From the NCBI RefSeq assembly GCF_009914755.1, contig NC_060932.1: a DNA stretch of 64,000 nt; one strand, written 5' to 3'. The stretch is from the human T2T-CHM13v2.0 reference genome, Homo sapiens. A program made the translations under genes and the position numbers. The notes under the pieces are model-generated. The model was given only the letters and a program-made list of their open reading frames with translations, made no database searches and had not been told where the DNA came from. This document shows positions 19,066 to 34,612 of this stretch, in pieces; position 1 is the first letter of the stretch; each line of letters starts with the position of its first letter.

Positions 19066-19163
19066 GGTAAGGTGACCAGCTTATCCTGGTTGCCCAAGAC
19101 TTGCCCAGTTTTCATGCTGAAATCCTCCAATTCAGGTCAACTGGAGACGCCTGGTCACCCTAT
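19066..19163 (+). mobile_element. MER94-like MITE
   Basis: Terminal inverted repeats GGTGACCAG...CTGGTCACC. Confidence 0.6.
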
Positions 19164-19267
19164 CTGGGGGTCAAAATCAAATGCCTATAAAGAGGTAAAG
19201 TAAATTAATGAAGTAGAATAAGTGTAAGAAAAACAAAAGCACAGACACAATAAAAATGACAACTCAA

Positions 19268-19517
19268 GGCTGGCAGATCACGAGATCAGGAGATCGAGAC
19301 CATCCTGGCTAACATGGTGAAACCCCGTCTCTACTAAAAATACAAAAAAATTAGCCGGGCGTGGTGGCGGGTGCTTATAGTCCCATCTACTCAGGAGGCT
19401 GAGGCAGGAGAATCGCGTGAATCTGGGAGGCGGAGCTTGCAGTGAGCTATCACGCCACTGAACTCCAGCCTGGGCAACAGAGCAAGACTCTGTCTAGGAA
19501 AAAAAAAAAAAAAAAAG
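19268..19517 (+). mobile_element. AluY, 5'-truncated
   Basis: AluY diagnostics GAGATCGAGACCATCCTGGCTAAC and GGAGCTTGCAG; poly(A) tail. Confidence 0.9.
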
Positions 19518-19560
19518 ACAACTTGTACTCCATGTAGGGCAGAAAGGGGTACAATAGGAC

Positions 19561-19935
19561 TGATATGGTTTGGCTGCGTCCTCACCCAAATCTCATCCTG
19601 GATTGTAGTTCACATAATCCCCACATGTCGTGGGAGACACCCAGTAGGTGGTAATTGAATCATAGGGGTGTTTACTCTTATGCTGTTCTAGTGATAGCGA
19701 GTGAGCTCTCACAAGATCTGATGGTTTTATAAGGGGCTTTTCCCCCTTTTGCTTGTCACTTCTCCTTCCTGCCTCCATGTGAAGAAAGACATGTTTGCTT
19801 CTCCTTCTGCCGTGATTGTAAGTTTCCTGAGGCCTTCCCAGCCTTGCAGAACTGTGAGTCAATTAAGCCTCTTTCCTTTATAAATTATCCAGTCTCAAGT
19901 ATTTCTTCATAATAGTCTGAGAAGGAACTAATACA
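19561..19935 (+). mobile_element. THE1 (MaLR) solo LTR
   Basis: TGATATGGTTTGGCTG...AACTAATACA with a perfect 5-bp TSD AGGAC (19556-19560 and 19936-19940). Confidence 0.92.
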
Positions 19936-19949
19936 AGGACTCATCATCT

Positions 19950-20515
19950 AGGAGTTGCAGTCCCAAACTATGACCCACAGGTAAATCCAGCTGGCCACCT
20001 GTGTCTATCTGGCCAAGAAGTTAAGAATTGTTTCTTTTTTTAATGATTGAAAACCAAATTTAAAGAATACCAATATTTCTTGATGCATGAAAATATATGA
20101 AATTCAAATTTCAGTGTCTATAAATAAAGTCTATTGGAACATGGTATTGCCCATTCATTTATTCACATGTTATCTATAGTTGTTTTAGAACTTCAACAGC
20201 AGGACTGAGAGGTTAGACAGAGACTATGTGGAAAAGCCTGAAATACGTATTATCCATCCCTTTACAGCAAGCTTCTCCCACCTATAGCCTGCAGCCTGCA
20301 TGTGGTGGAGGACAGCTTTGAATGCAGCCCAAGACAAATTTGTAAACTTTCTTAAAACATGAGATTCTTTTCACAATATTTTTTAGCTCATCAGCTATCA
20401 TTAGTGTTAGTGTATTTTATGGGTAGACCAAGGTAATTCTTCTTCCAATGTAGCCCAGGGAGGCCAAAAGATTGGACACCCCTGCTTTACGGAACATGTT
20501 TGCCAACCTTGTTCT
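19950..20515 (+). mobile_element. MER58B-like hAT element with nested MER30 (20268-20484)
   Basis: MER58-like ATGAAATTCAAATTTCAGTGTCTATAAATAAAG. The inner element CAAGCTT...GGACACCCCTG is flanked by 8-bp CTTTACAG/CTTTACGG. Confidence 0.75.
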
Positions 20516-20798
20516 ACAGGACAGCCAAATAGGCCCCCTCTGATGATGCTTGACAAGAGCAATAGCCTACAAACAATATGAAGTTAAAAAATCTTTTAAC
20601 ATTTTTAAAAAGGTAAAAAAAAATCTGTGAAATTCATTGACTTTTAAATGTTGGCATCTAATTCAATTTTTAAAATATTATGTGGGTGCAACAAAGCAAT
20701 TTGTGGTCTGTATCCAGCCTGCAGGCCACCATTTTACAAAATCTAATGTACATCACATGTTCTATAATAACGCCTAGCCCATGAGGTAATTATATTAG

Positions 20799-21157
<359 letters not shown>

Positions 21158-21824
21158 CAATTGCTTTCAATTTTAAATTCATTTGTAACTCAATTGCTTC
21201 ACCCATTAGTTCCTTTCCTGGATCTTCCAATTTTCTTTTCAACAGCCTATAAAGTTTTTTTCCATCCTAAATAAAATCTTCCTTCAGTTCTACATCCTTC
21301 CTTCAGTTATTACCTATTTCCCCTATTTCCTTCTTCAATTTCTTCAAAGGGCAGTCTCTCCTGGCTGCTTCCAGTGTGTTCTCTCATTCCCTCCTCACCC
21401 CAGTGCAGTTTCACTGTTTTCCAGACCATCTCATTGAATGTGCTGCCAAGAAGGTCACTGGTGACCACTTTCTTGCAAAATTCAAAGAATACTTTCAAAT
21501 TCCCGTCTGACTTATTTCTGGCATTTGACGTCATTAACCACTGCCTCCGTTTTGAAAGTGTCTCTATCCTTGGATTTCCCAGTACCCACTGAGTCCTGGT
21601 TCTCTCCCTACCTCTCAGGTTGCTCCTTCCATTCTTTTGTTTTTGTTTTTGTTTCTGGATTGATTTTATTTAGCTAGTATTCATTGAACACCTGACATGT
21701 AGCAAGCATGGTGCTAAGCATTTTCCAAATGCGGTTGGCATATACTTCAAGGCACATGAAATAAAACTTTTCCTTAAAATAGGAATCTAAATGTCCAGCC
21801 TGCCTGGCTTATGCGATGTTCTGA

Positions 21825-22164
<340 letters not shown>

Positions 22165-22168
22165 AGTC

Positions 22169-22475
<307 letters not shown>

Positions 22476-25400
22476 TGATTCAGTCTTTATTGTAGTTCCC
22501 ATGTTCTCCCCAGGGTCATACCAGAATCTGGTAAACGGAAAATGATTGGAGAAATGCATGAGGCATGCACGTCTTCACTGTGCTTGTGGAGGCTTGCCTG
22601 CCTTCTGTTTGCACACCATGGCCAGGACCCCCAGCGCCTAGGGTTCTGTCTCCCTTAGAAGATCACACAGCACATCCTGGAATGAACCACCTGCTCAGAT
22701 GCACAGATTTCTCTCCCCTTCAGAATCCAGGGAAAGCACCCCCTTCCTTCATGGCATTCTAAACACTATTTATTTCACCTCTTTACTTGGTTTAGCCTCT
22801 CACAAAAAACAGGAAATCCATTAATTTCAGATTGCTTCTGTACCACCTCTCCTCTGCAAAAAAACCCAAACCAAGAAAACACTCTAAAAGGGTCCTCCTT
22901 CTTCAGTGGGAAGTGGAGATTAAAATGCATAAAAAAATTTACCAACTTATGTTTCAGTGAGGTCTCCTTGCATGATTCTTATGGTAACTTTGAGAACTGA
23001 GTTTTATCACAGCTACTTTATAGATGAGAAAATTTAGAAGTTTAACTTGCCCAAGGCAATAGAACTGCAAACCTTCAGCTTTTAACTACTGCCTAATATG
23101 GCTTGTTTCCTTGCTTCTGCCCTGAAATGCTGATGCGCTTTCTCTAGTCTGAGTTTTTTTCACTCAATATACTTTCCAAGAATAATGTCACCCCCACATA
23201 TTATATTAACTGACACCACATACCAGGTACACAAGTTTTTCCTCAGCTTGAGTCTCCTTCTTCACCTGCCTCTTGGTCATCCACACCAGGATGTCTTGCT
23301 TATACTTCAATTTCAGCCGTTCCAAAACTGAATTTATTGTTTCCTTGTTACTCTGTCATCCTCCCACCTGTTCCTGTTTTCAGAGTTATTGGTTAGTGGC
23401 CCATCATCTCCCCAACAGTCCAAATTAAAGGCCTCTGAATTATCCTTATCCCTCCTTCTTTCTGTCATTGAGTCTTCCATTTATCTGTCCACTCTTTCCT
23501 TCCTTTCCATCCCCAAGGCTCCTGACATTGTTTGGGCCTTTGTTCTTGCACCCAGTGACAGTAAGACTCTTTACTGGCTGACTACCAAATTATGCTCTGC
23601 GTTGAAGACAGCTGGGGCTTTCTAAGTCACAACTTTGATCATGTCAGTCTCCCACATTAAAATGTTGAGTGGTAATCAAATGCCATCAGAATGAAGCTTA
23701 GATTCTTCCAGTGAGTTTCCTTGTTATTTGAGCTTGGCCTCACCAATCTAACTTTTGGCCCCAACACCCCGATTCCAAACCCAGCATAAGCATGCTACAG
23801 GAAGCTAATTTCCATTTCCTGAGCATGTTTTGATCTCTCAAAACTCCAACTTTTGCAAGTATTAGCTAGAACTGACTTCTTTAATTTTCTTCATAAAAGG
23901 CATTTTCCAGTTTTTCAAATACCTTTCTGGCTTCCACACCATCACTTCTCAGTGGCTTTTCTGATTTATTACTCCCTTCCTCCTTCTTGGAAGACAGCTT
24001 GGCACATAGTAATAGCATGGGACCTGGAGTCAGAGAAGATTCAGATGCTGCCTTTCTGCTCTTATGTAACTCTGAACTATAATTTTGCATCAGTGATCCT
24101 AATTTTTCTCTTCTATAAAATAAGGAGTTTAACATGAACTTCAGGATTATTGTGAGTAATGAAAGATAACACGTGTAAGGTCACTGGCTCAGAGTGTGGC
24201 ATATAGTAGCTGCTTAATAAATGTTAATTTCCACATTGAGGTAGAGTCATTCTTTCTGTTCTCATTTAGTGTTTTTTGCATTGTAAATAGATTTTAACAT
24301 ATATTCATGACCCACTATACTGTAAGGTTTTGAAAATTAAAAGCCATTTTAAATGCATTTTTATATTCACAGTGCCTATCTCAGTCTTACTCGTTAAATT
24401 AAATGTTAGATTAAATGTTAAATAAATTCAATTTAGCAAAAAACTGTATGCATTGCCTACTATGTCCAAGTTTTAGTGCTTGGGGAGCTAGAGAACACAA
24501 AGGTGAGTAAATTCTTGCCTTCAAAGATCAAGAATAACACTTCCATTTCTGATCAAGATGGACTAAGAGGGCCCAAAGTTGCCCTCCCACCTGAAACAAC
24601 ACTCAAGACATTGACCATAAGGCAACAAGACAGGGATTACTGAGAAATGGAAAACAAATGAGAAAGCCCTATGATTGTCCAAAACTGGGCCAAGCCACAA
24701 AGCAGGGAGAGCCCAGGTGGAGCCCAGCCATCTTCTGTAATTAAGGAGACAAAGCTGGGAGTCCAGAGATGACAAGACAGTTGGATTTCATTGGGCAGAA
24801 TACCAGATAAAAGACTTGCACAAAGAGAGAACTTTAGAATGCTGCAGAGGGTCTCCCTCCACTGTTTAGCTGAGCACAGATCAGCACTGAGGCTCTCTGT
24901 GAGGAAGCTACCCAAAGCCAGGGAAAGAATCACCTGAAAGAATTAGAAGGACAGTGCCCAGAGTTCACACAAACATTGGAATTCTGCCTGTTCCCAATAG
25001 CCACAGTGCAAACTTTCATAAGGTAAGATCATCATTTAGAATACTAAGGAAGGTCTTGCCTCAGTAGTAGGGATGAAATGGACTAAACACAGTGCTCGTC
25101 TCACCTCGCACAGCTCCCGTCATAACTAACAAAGCTTAAAAGCAAACATGCTCTTTTTTCTGAGAAATTTTTTTCAAGAAACTTTTCCCCAAAATTGTAA
25201 CTGCATTACAGAGTAAAGCTCAGGAATATTCAAAGGTATGCAAAAATATAAAGCACCCAAACAGGTAAAATTTACAATGCATGACATATAATTAAAAAGT
25301 TACCAGGCATACAGACAAGCCAAAAAATAGCATCCATAATAAAGAAAAAAGAATCAATCAATTGAAACTGACCCAGAGATGGCATAGATGAGTAGAGTTC

Positions 25401-25925
25401 ATAGACTAGGACATTAAAACAATTATTACAGTTACATACCATATGTTCAGAAAGCTATAGAAGAGATAGAACATGTTAAGTAAAGACATGGAAGATATTT
25501 TTAAAAGATTCAAATTCAATATTTATAGATAAAAACTCCAAGATCTGAGATAAAAAATATGCTAGGTGCGATTAACAGCATATTAGACCTTACAGAAGGA
25601 AAAATTGGTGAACTTAAAGACATGGCCATAGAAACTTCTGAAATGAAATTCATAACAAAGTATGAAAATAAATGAGCAGTGAAAAAAATTCAATAAACCA
25701 AATATATGCATAGTTTGAATCCCTGAAATCATACAAGACAATATTTGAAGAAATAATAGCCATCAATTGTCTAACTTTGATGGAAACCATGAACTCACAG
25801 ATCCCAAGCACAAGAAACATGAAGAAAAATAGATTACAGCACATCATAATCAAATTTCTTAAAACCAGTGACAAAAAGAAAATCTAAGAAGCAGCCAGAA
25901 AAAAAGAACAAAGAATGACAGATTT

Positions 25926-26071
25926 CAGCCAGGTGCGGTGCCTCACACCTGTTAATCCCAGCACTGTGGGAGGCTGAGGTAGGAGGATCACTTGAAGCCA
26001 GTTCAAAATCAGCCTGGGCAACAAAGCAAGACTCCATCTCTACAAAAATAAATAAATAAATAAAAATTTTA
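25926..26071 (+). mobile_element. FLAM_C-type Alu monomer
   Basis: Single left monomer with A-rich tail and a perfect 16-bp TSD AAAGAATGACAGATTT (25910-25925 and 26072-26087). Confidence 0.85.
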
Positions 26072-26123
26072 AAAGAATGACAGATTTACCATCCAAAATA
26101 ACACACACTGGAAGACAATGGAG

Positions 26124-26126
<3 letters not shown>

Positions 26127-26172
<46 letters not shown>
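26127..26172. repeat. (TA)23 microsatellite at the L1 tail/TSD
   Basis: Read directly from the sequence. Confidence 0.97.
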
Positions 26173-28108
<1,936 letters not shown>

Positions 28109-29842
28109 TAAAAATATCTTTAAAAGTTATAAGTGAAATAAAAAATTTCAGGCATACAAAAGCTGACCTCAAAAAGTGAAAAATATGCTTTGTTCATAGG
28201 TAAAGAGGATCCTCTTTAGAATTAAAATGTCAATTCTAAATCAATATATAGATTCAACAAAATTCCAATCAAAATCCCAGTAGGCACTTTTCTAAAAGTT
28301 AATTAGGGTTCTAGACTTCATATGGAAATGCAAACGATCCACAATAAAGAAAATTACCAAAAAAGAACAAAGTTGAAGAGCTAATACTACCTGACTTTTA
28401 AAATGTTTAAAGTTATAGTAATTAAAACAGTGTGGTGTTGGTATAAAATAAGTCAAATAGATCAATAAAACAGAATAAAGGGCCTAAAAATAAACCCACA
28501 CCTACCTGCACAACTGATTTATGACAAAGGTAAAAAAAGATACATGGAAAAATATAGCCTTTTTTAAAAAGGGTGCTGAAAAAATGGATATTCATATGCG
28601 AAAAAGAGAGTTTATATGCATACCTTGTACCACACACAAAATTAACACAAAAATGAATCATAAACCTAAAGGTAAAACCTAAAAGTTTAAAGGATCTAGA
28701 ATAAAACAAAGGAGAAAAATTTTATGACCCCAAGCTAAGCAGATTTCTTAGACACTACACTAAATGTATAATCTATAAAAGAACAAATTGGTAAATTGGC
28801 CTTCATCAAAATTGGTTAAAACTCTAATCTTCAAAAGACACTGCAGAGAACAAAAACACAAGTCTCAGACTGGGAGAAAATCTTTGCCATGTATTTTTCA
28901 GGGACTTGAATCTAGAATATATAAAGACTTTTTAAGACTTGATCACAAGGAAATGACTCAATTTTTTAAGTGAGCAAAATATTTGGACAGACACTTACTA
29001 AATAAAATACATGAGTGGAAAATCATCACATGAAAAGACACTTAACATCAGTAGTCACTAGGGAAATGCAGATAAAACCACAGTGAGGTACCACTAATTC
29101 ACCTATTAGAATAGCTAAAATTAAGGCTACCATTCTAAAAGTTGACAACGATGTCAACTAAGTGGAACTCTGATATACTGCTGGCAGGAATATAAAATAC
29201 AGCCACCACTTTGGAAAACACATTGGAAATTATTTAAAAAGCTAAATACATACCTACCTACCATATGATCAAGCCATCCCATACCAAGGTATTTACGAAA
29301 GAGAAATGAAAGCGTATGTCCATACAAAGACTTATACACACTGTTCCTAGTTTTGTTTGTAATAGTTAAAAACTGTCCATCAACAGATGGAAATAACTGT
29401 CCATCCACAGATGAATAAACAAACATTGGTATATCCATGCAATGGAATACTACTCAGCAATTTAAAAGAGATTAACTACTGATACATGCCACAATTTCAA
29501 TAAGTCTCAGAAGAATTATGCTGAGTGAAAGAAGTCCAACAAGAAGTGTATACTGTACTATTCCATTAGAGTAAAACTCTATACCAACTAATCTATAGTG
29601 ACAGAAAGCAAATCAGGGCTTGGGAATTGGGGGAGGGGGATGGTATGTGGTGGGTATGAGGAGTTTACTCGGGAACAGGAGGGACTTTCAGGTGCCATGA
29701 ATGTGTTCACTATCTCGATTGCACTGATTGTTTCAGGGGTGTATATAGATGTCAAAATGCATCAAATTGTATACTAAGTATGTGTAGTCTACTTCTGTCA
29801 GTTTTTCTTCGATTAAGTTTAAAAAAAAAAAAAAAAGCAGCA

Positions 29843-30135
<293 letters not shown>

Positions 30136-31219
30136 TCAGCAGCCAGGGCTCATCTTTTTCACTTCTACCTTCCAGCCAGAACTGGACACCCCTGCCAAGA
30201 GGGGTTGAGGAGGCATGTACTTCCTAGAAATGCAGCCCAACAGGACCCACTTCCACTCTAGGCTGGACCTCCAGCAGTGTGCTCTTCGCCCCAGCCTACA
30301 GACTTGAACATCTCAGTCATGTTCTTCATTGTCCCATCCCATCCCTCTCCTCAAAGCCTTGGGGTAATTCCCATTGCCTTTAACACTTCCCACCCACAAG
30401 GCGGCCTGGTCCTGACTCAGCAGAGGGATAGTGAGGGAGAGCTGAAGTAAGAGGAATCATCTGGACTCATCTGCAGCCACCCTCTTCCCAACCACCACGA
30501 GGAATAATGGGCACAGGAAGTTTTGGGGCTGTGGCTGTTGGGCAGAGTTATGCAATCCCAGTTGGCAGGAAACACTGCTTTTGTTCAAATAATTTTTTTT
30601 TTTTAAATCGGCCCTCTTATAAACAACTCAGGATGTTTTCACCCTTGGGAAACTATGTGGATGGCTTCAGAAACTGCCTCCCTTAAAGGAACTCACTGTA
30701 ATGGGGTAAACCACTGGAACAGGACCACCATGCTGGTGAGTGGTTTGCAACTTGCTCAATGAAAGCATGAATGGACCAAAGTCTCAATATTAAAAAAAAA
30801 AAAAAAAAAGCAGCTTAAAATAGCCTTCTAGACCTCATTTTAATAGAGTCCCTGTCCATTCAGGGATTTTCATAAATAACCCCACAATTAATGACGTGTT
30901 TATCAGCAAAGCCACTCACCTGAAAATATACAGTGGTTGATGTCCTCTTCGGGTATGGAGTTTATTTTTAAGAAAAAAAAGACTTATCCTAAAGATAAAA
31001 ATAGAGCAGAGGTACTCAACTAAATTTGCAACCGGTTTCCCCAGGAGCCTCAGGTATAACCTATTTGGAGAAGAGTTCAACCTGAGGTGATAGAGGAATC
31101 TAGCTTAGCAAACAGTTCGTGATTATTTTTGTTTTTAATCAAAATTAACCCTTCTCTCTTGTAATGCTACTGTTGGAAGACAATTACAGCACCTAGTAAG
31201 TGGACCTTCTCTTATCAGA

Positions 31220-31524
<305 letters not shown>

Positions 31525-31576
31525 TCAGATGTATTTTTATGTGGCATTATATCTAGAGCATAGCATGTGATTATTA

Positions 31577-31657
31577 TTAAGTTGGTGCAAAATTAATTGC
31601 CATTTTTGTCATCACTTTTAATGGCAAAAACGGCAATTAATTTGTGCACGAACCTAA
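31577..31657. mobile_element. MADE1 (Hsmar1-derived MITE)
   Basis: 81-bp imperfect palindrome TTAAGTTGGTGCAAAA...TTTGTGCACGAACCTAA flanked by TA on both sides. Confidence 0.9.
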
Positions 31658-32165
31658 TACATGGGGTTCATGTACTGAGTGAGACCTTAAATCAGATCCC
31701 GTCACACTTCTGTCCGAGACTTTTCTATTATTTCTCATTGCATTTAGAGTGGAATCAAAATGCCTCAGTGGAGCTTATTGGGCCTCAATGAGACCTGACC
31801 TGATCCCAACCCACCTCACCACTGTATTCAGGCACATCTGTTTTCATTCAGGCGCATCTGTTTTCTTTCAGATTCTCACACATCCTAAGATCTTTCCCGA
31901 CCCCAGTCCTTGACCATGCTCTTCATTTTTATCCCTCTTTTTCTAGAGGCCAGCTCTTCTCATCTCCTAGGTCTTGGCTAGAAAGTCACCTATGAAGCCA
32001 TTCCTTTTCCACCTTCTTGTTACTCTCCTCCACCTGTTTATTAATTCTTTCACAGCACATATAACATATAATTGGAGGTTTTTAAAAGGGTCTCTTTCAT
32101 TAAAGTGCAAGTTCTATGATGCCAGGAACTATGTTTATTTATTCACTGTTTTATCCTCAATGGAA

Positions 32166-32394
32166 AGTATCCCTTGTCTATCTGAAATGGTTGGTCAGGA
32201 GGTGTTTCGGATTTTTGATTTTTCAAATTTTGGAATATTTGCATTATGCCTAGGTTGAGCATCCCAAATCCAAAAATCTGAATCCCACAATGTCCCAACA
32301 AGCATTCTCTTTGTGCGTTGTGTTGGCACTCGAAAAATTTCAGATTAGGAAACATTTCAGATATCAGATTCTCAGCTTTGGGATGCTCAACCTG
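32166..32394 (+). mobile_element. MER46/Tigger4-type MITE
   Basis: GGTTGAGCATCCCAAATCCAAAAATCTGAA...TTTGGGATGCTCAACCTG inverted ends. Confidence 0.75.
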
Positions 32395-32890
32395 GCATAT
32401 AGTAGATGCTCAATAAATTATTGTTAAATATTAAATGAATAATGAATCATATTCTAATTCATTTCTACCACCCTTTCACCCTACCCCAAACTCCAAAGCC
32501 CAATGCATCCTTCCTCATTCATATCTTCATTCTTCCTCTTTCCATGAAATCTTCTCTGAGCTTCCCACTTTTTCAGCATTCAAAGACAAACCACAGGAAG
32601 TGCCAGAGGCATGCCTGGAACATAGTGAAAGCTCTATAAATACGGCCACATTGGTATCACCATGATCACTTCTTCCAGTGTAGTCCTACAGCCCTGTTTC
32701 CAGGACATCAGTTTTTCCCTTACCGCCTTCCCAATTTTTCACATATCCCCAATACCATCAAATTTACTGTGCTACTTTTGATGTAAATTATTTTTGACAT
32801 AATGTCTTTCTTCTTAATGTATTTTTAAAGGAAAATTTATAGAAATTAAAACCCATTTCACTGACCATAAAAGGGAACAATTAAAAATAA

Positions 32891-33269
<379 letters not shown>

Positions 33270-33944
33270 TTGTTTTCTTTATTTAAGGGAGATTAACAAC
33301 TGTTAGAGATATAACAACACTATTCTGAGTCTTTCTCTATGTCACAATTTGAAAGACTGAAAATTTTTTAATGACTTCTTCACTCCATGCATTATTAGTA
33401 TTTAAAGCCATAACTATGTCCATTTAAAATTACCCCCACATATTACTATTCAGACCTTTCTGTCCTATTGTGTTGTTACTAATACTTTTTACTTGGCATT
33501 TGTTATTCTCTACCTGGATTGGCTAATTACATGTTTATATCCATATCTCATCCCACTGTCTTATTTCTCTTTATATCCTCCAGGGTTCTTAGGTCAATAC
33601 CTTGTATAGAATATTTGTTCAAGGCAGTTTAAGTTGAATCTAACACTTACAGTTTTCAACCAACTTGGTCAAAACTTCAAAATATTTTTCCAAACTTCAA
33701 AATATTTGTAAAAGAGATACATTGAGAGATTGTATTCAGAAGTGCTTCTAATTCCTCTTTCCCTCTGCCCTTCTGATTTCCTATAGATATGTACCTAAAC
33801 CATCTCATCCAGGCCACTGTGGTTAAATGTCATATAAGCAACTAGGAAAAGGGCCTAGTACAAAACATGTGTTCCTTACACGCATGAATACACCTGAAAC
33901 AAACCCTCTAATTTATAAGTGAAATAAAAGCCAAATAAAACCAG

Positions 33945-34381
33945 AAAAAACTGAATGTGTGATTTATTATGTTTAAGATTGGTTTATAAGGCTTAAATAT
34001 ATCTGTCATAGTTAACAGTTAACAGCAAATAAAGGCAACTTTACAAAATCAGTGTTTCCATACAGTACAGGACTAAATGTGGCAACTGTGCATTGGAAAA
34101 TTAATATTTCCTCAATGCAAATATCAAATCTGCAGCACCATTTAGAAGCTTCCACTAAAAACTCAAGCTGCAGTATTTATTACAAGCTCTACTCAGAACA
34201 CAAGGCTACCTAAATCAAGCATTAGAGAAAAACAGTGGAGTCATTCAGGCATAATATGTCAGATTTGGTACAGGATTAAAATACTAACATTTTTAATGTC
34301 CTGGTTTCAAATTAATAAATACAAAAACAATATAAAAATATACAACCAGTTGATAAGACTGTACTGCAGATGCTCAGAAAG
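33945..34381 (-). other. ENPP2: ENPP2 3'UTR (~430 nt, AU-rich)
   Basis: Lies between stop TAA (34382-34384) and the distal AATAAA. The cleavage position is approximate. Confidence 0.85.
33963..33968 (-). terminator. ENPP2: Distal polyadenylation signal AATAAA of ENPP2
   Basis: Plus-strand TTTATT. On the minus strand it is followed by CA dinucleotides and a U/GU-rich element (TTTTTTCTGGTTTTATTTGG). Confidence 0.85.

Positions 34382-34612
<231 letters not shown>

Noticed and set aside
31826-31865. 20-bp tandem repeat (also 24-mer at ~29370 and 21-mer at ~33670) as an array or CRISPR-like repeat
   Set aside because: Each has only two adjacent copies with no spacers. These are ordinary slippage duplications in eukaryotic DNA.
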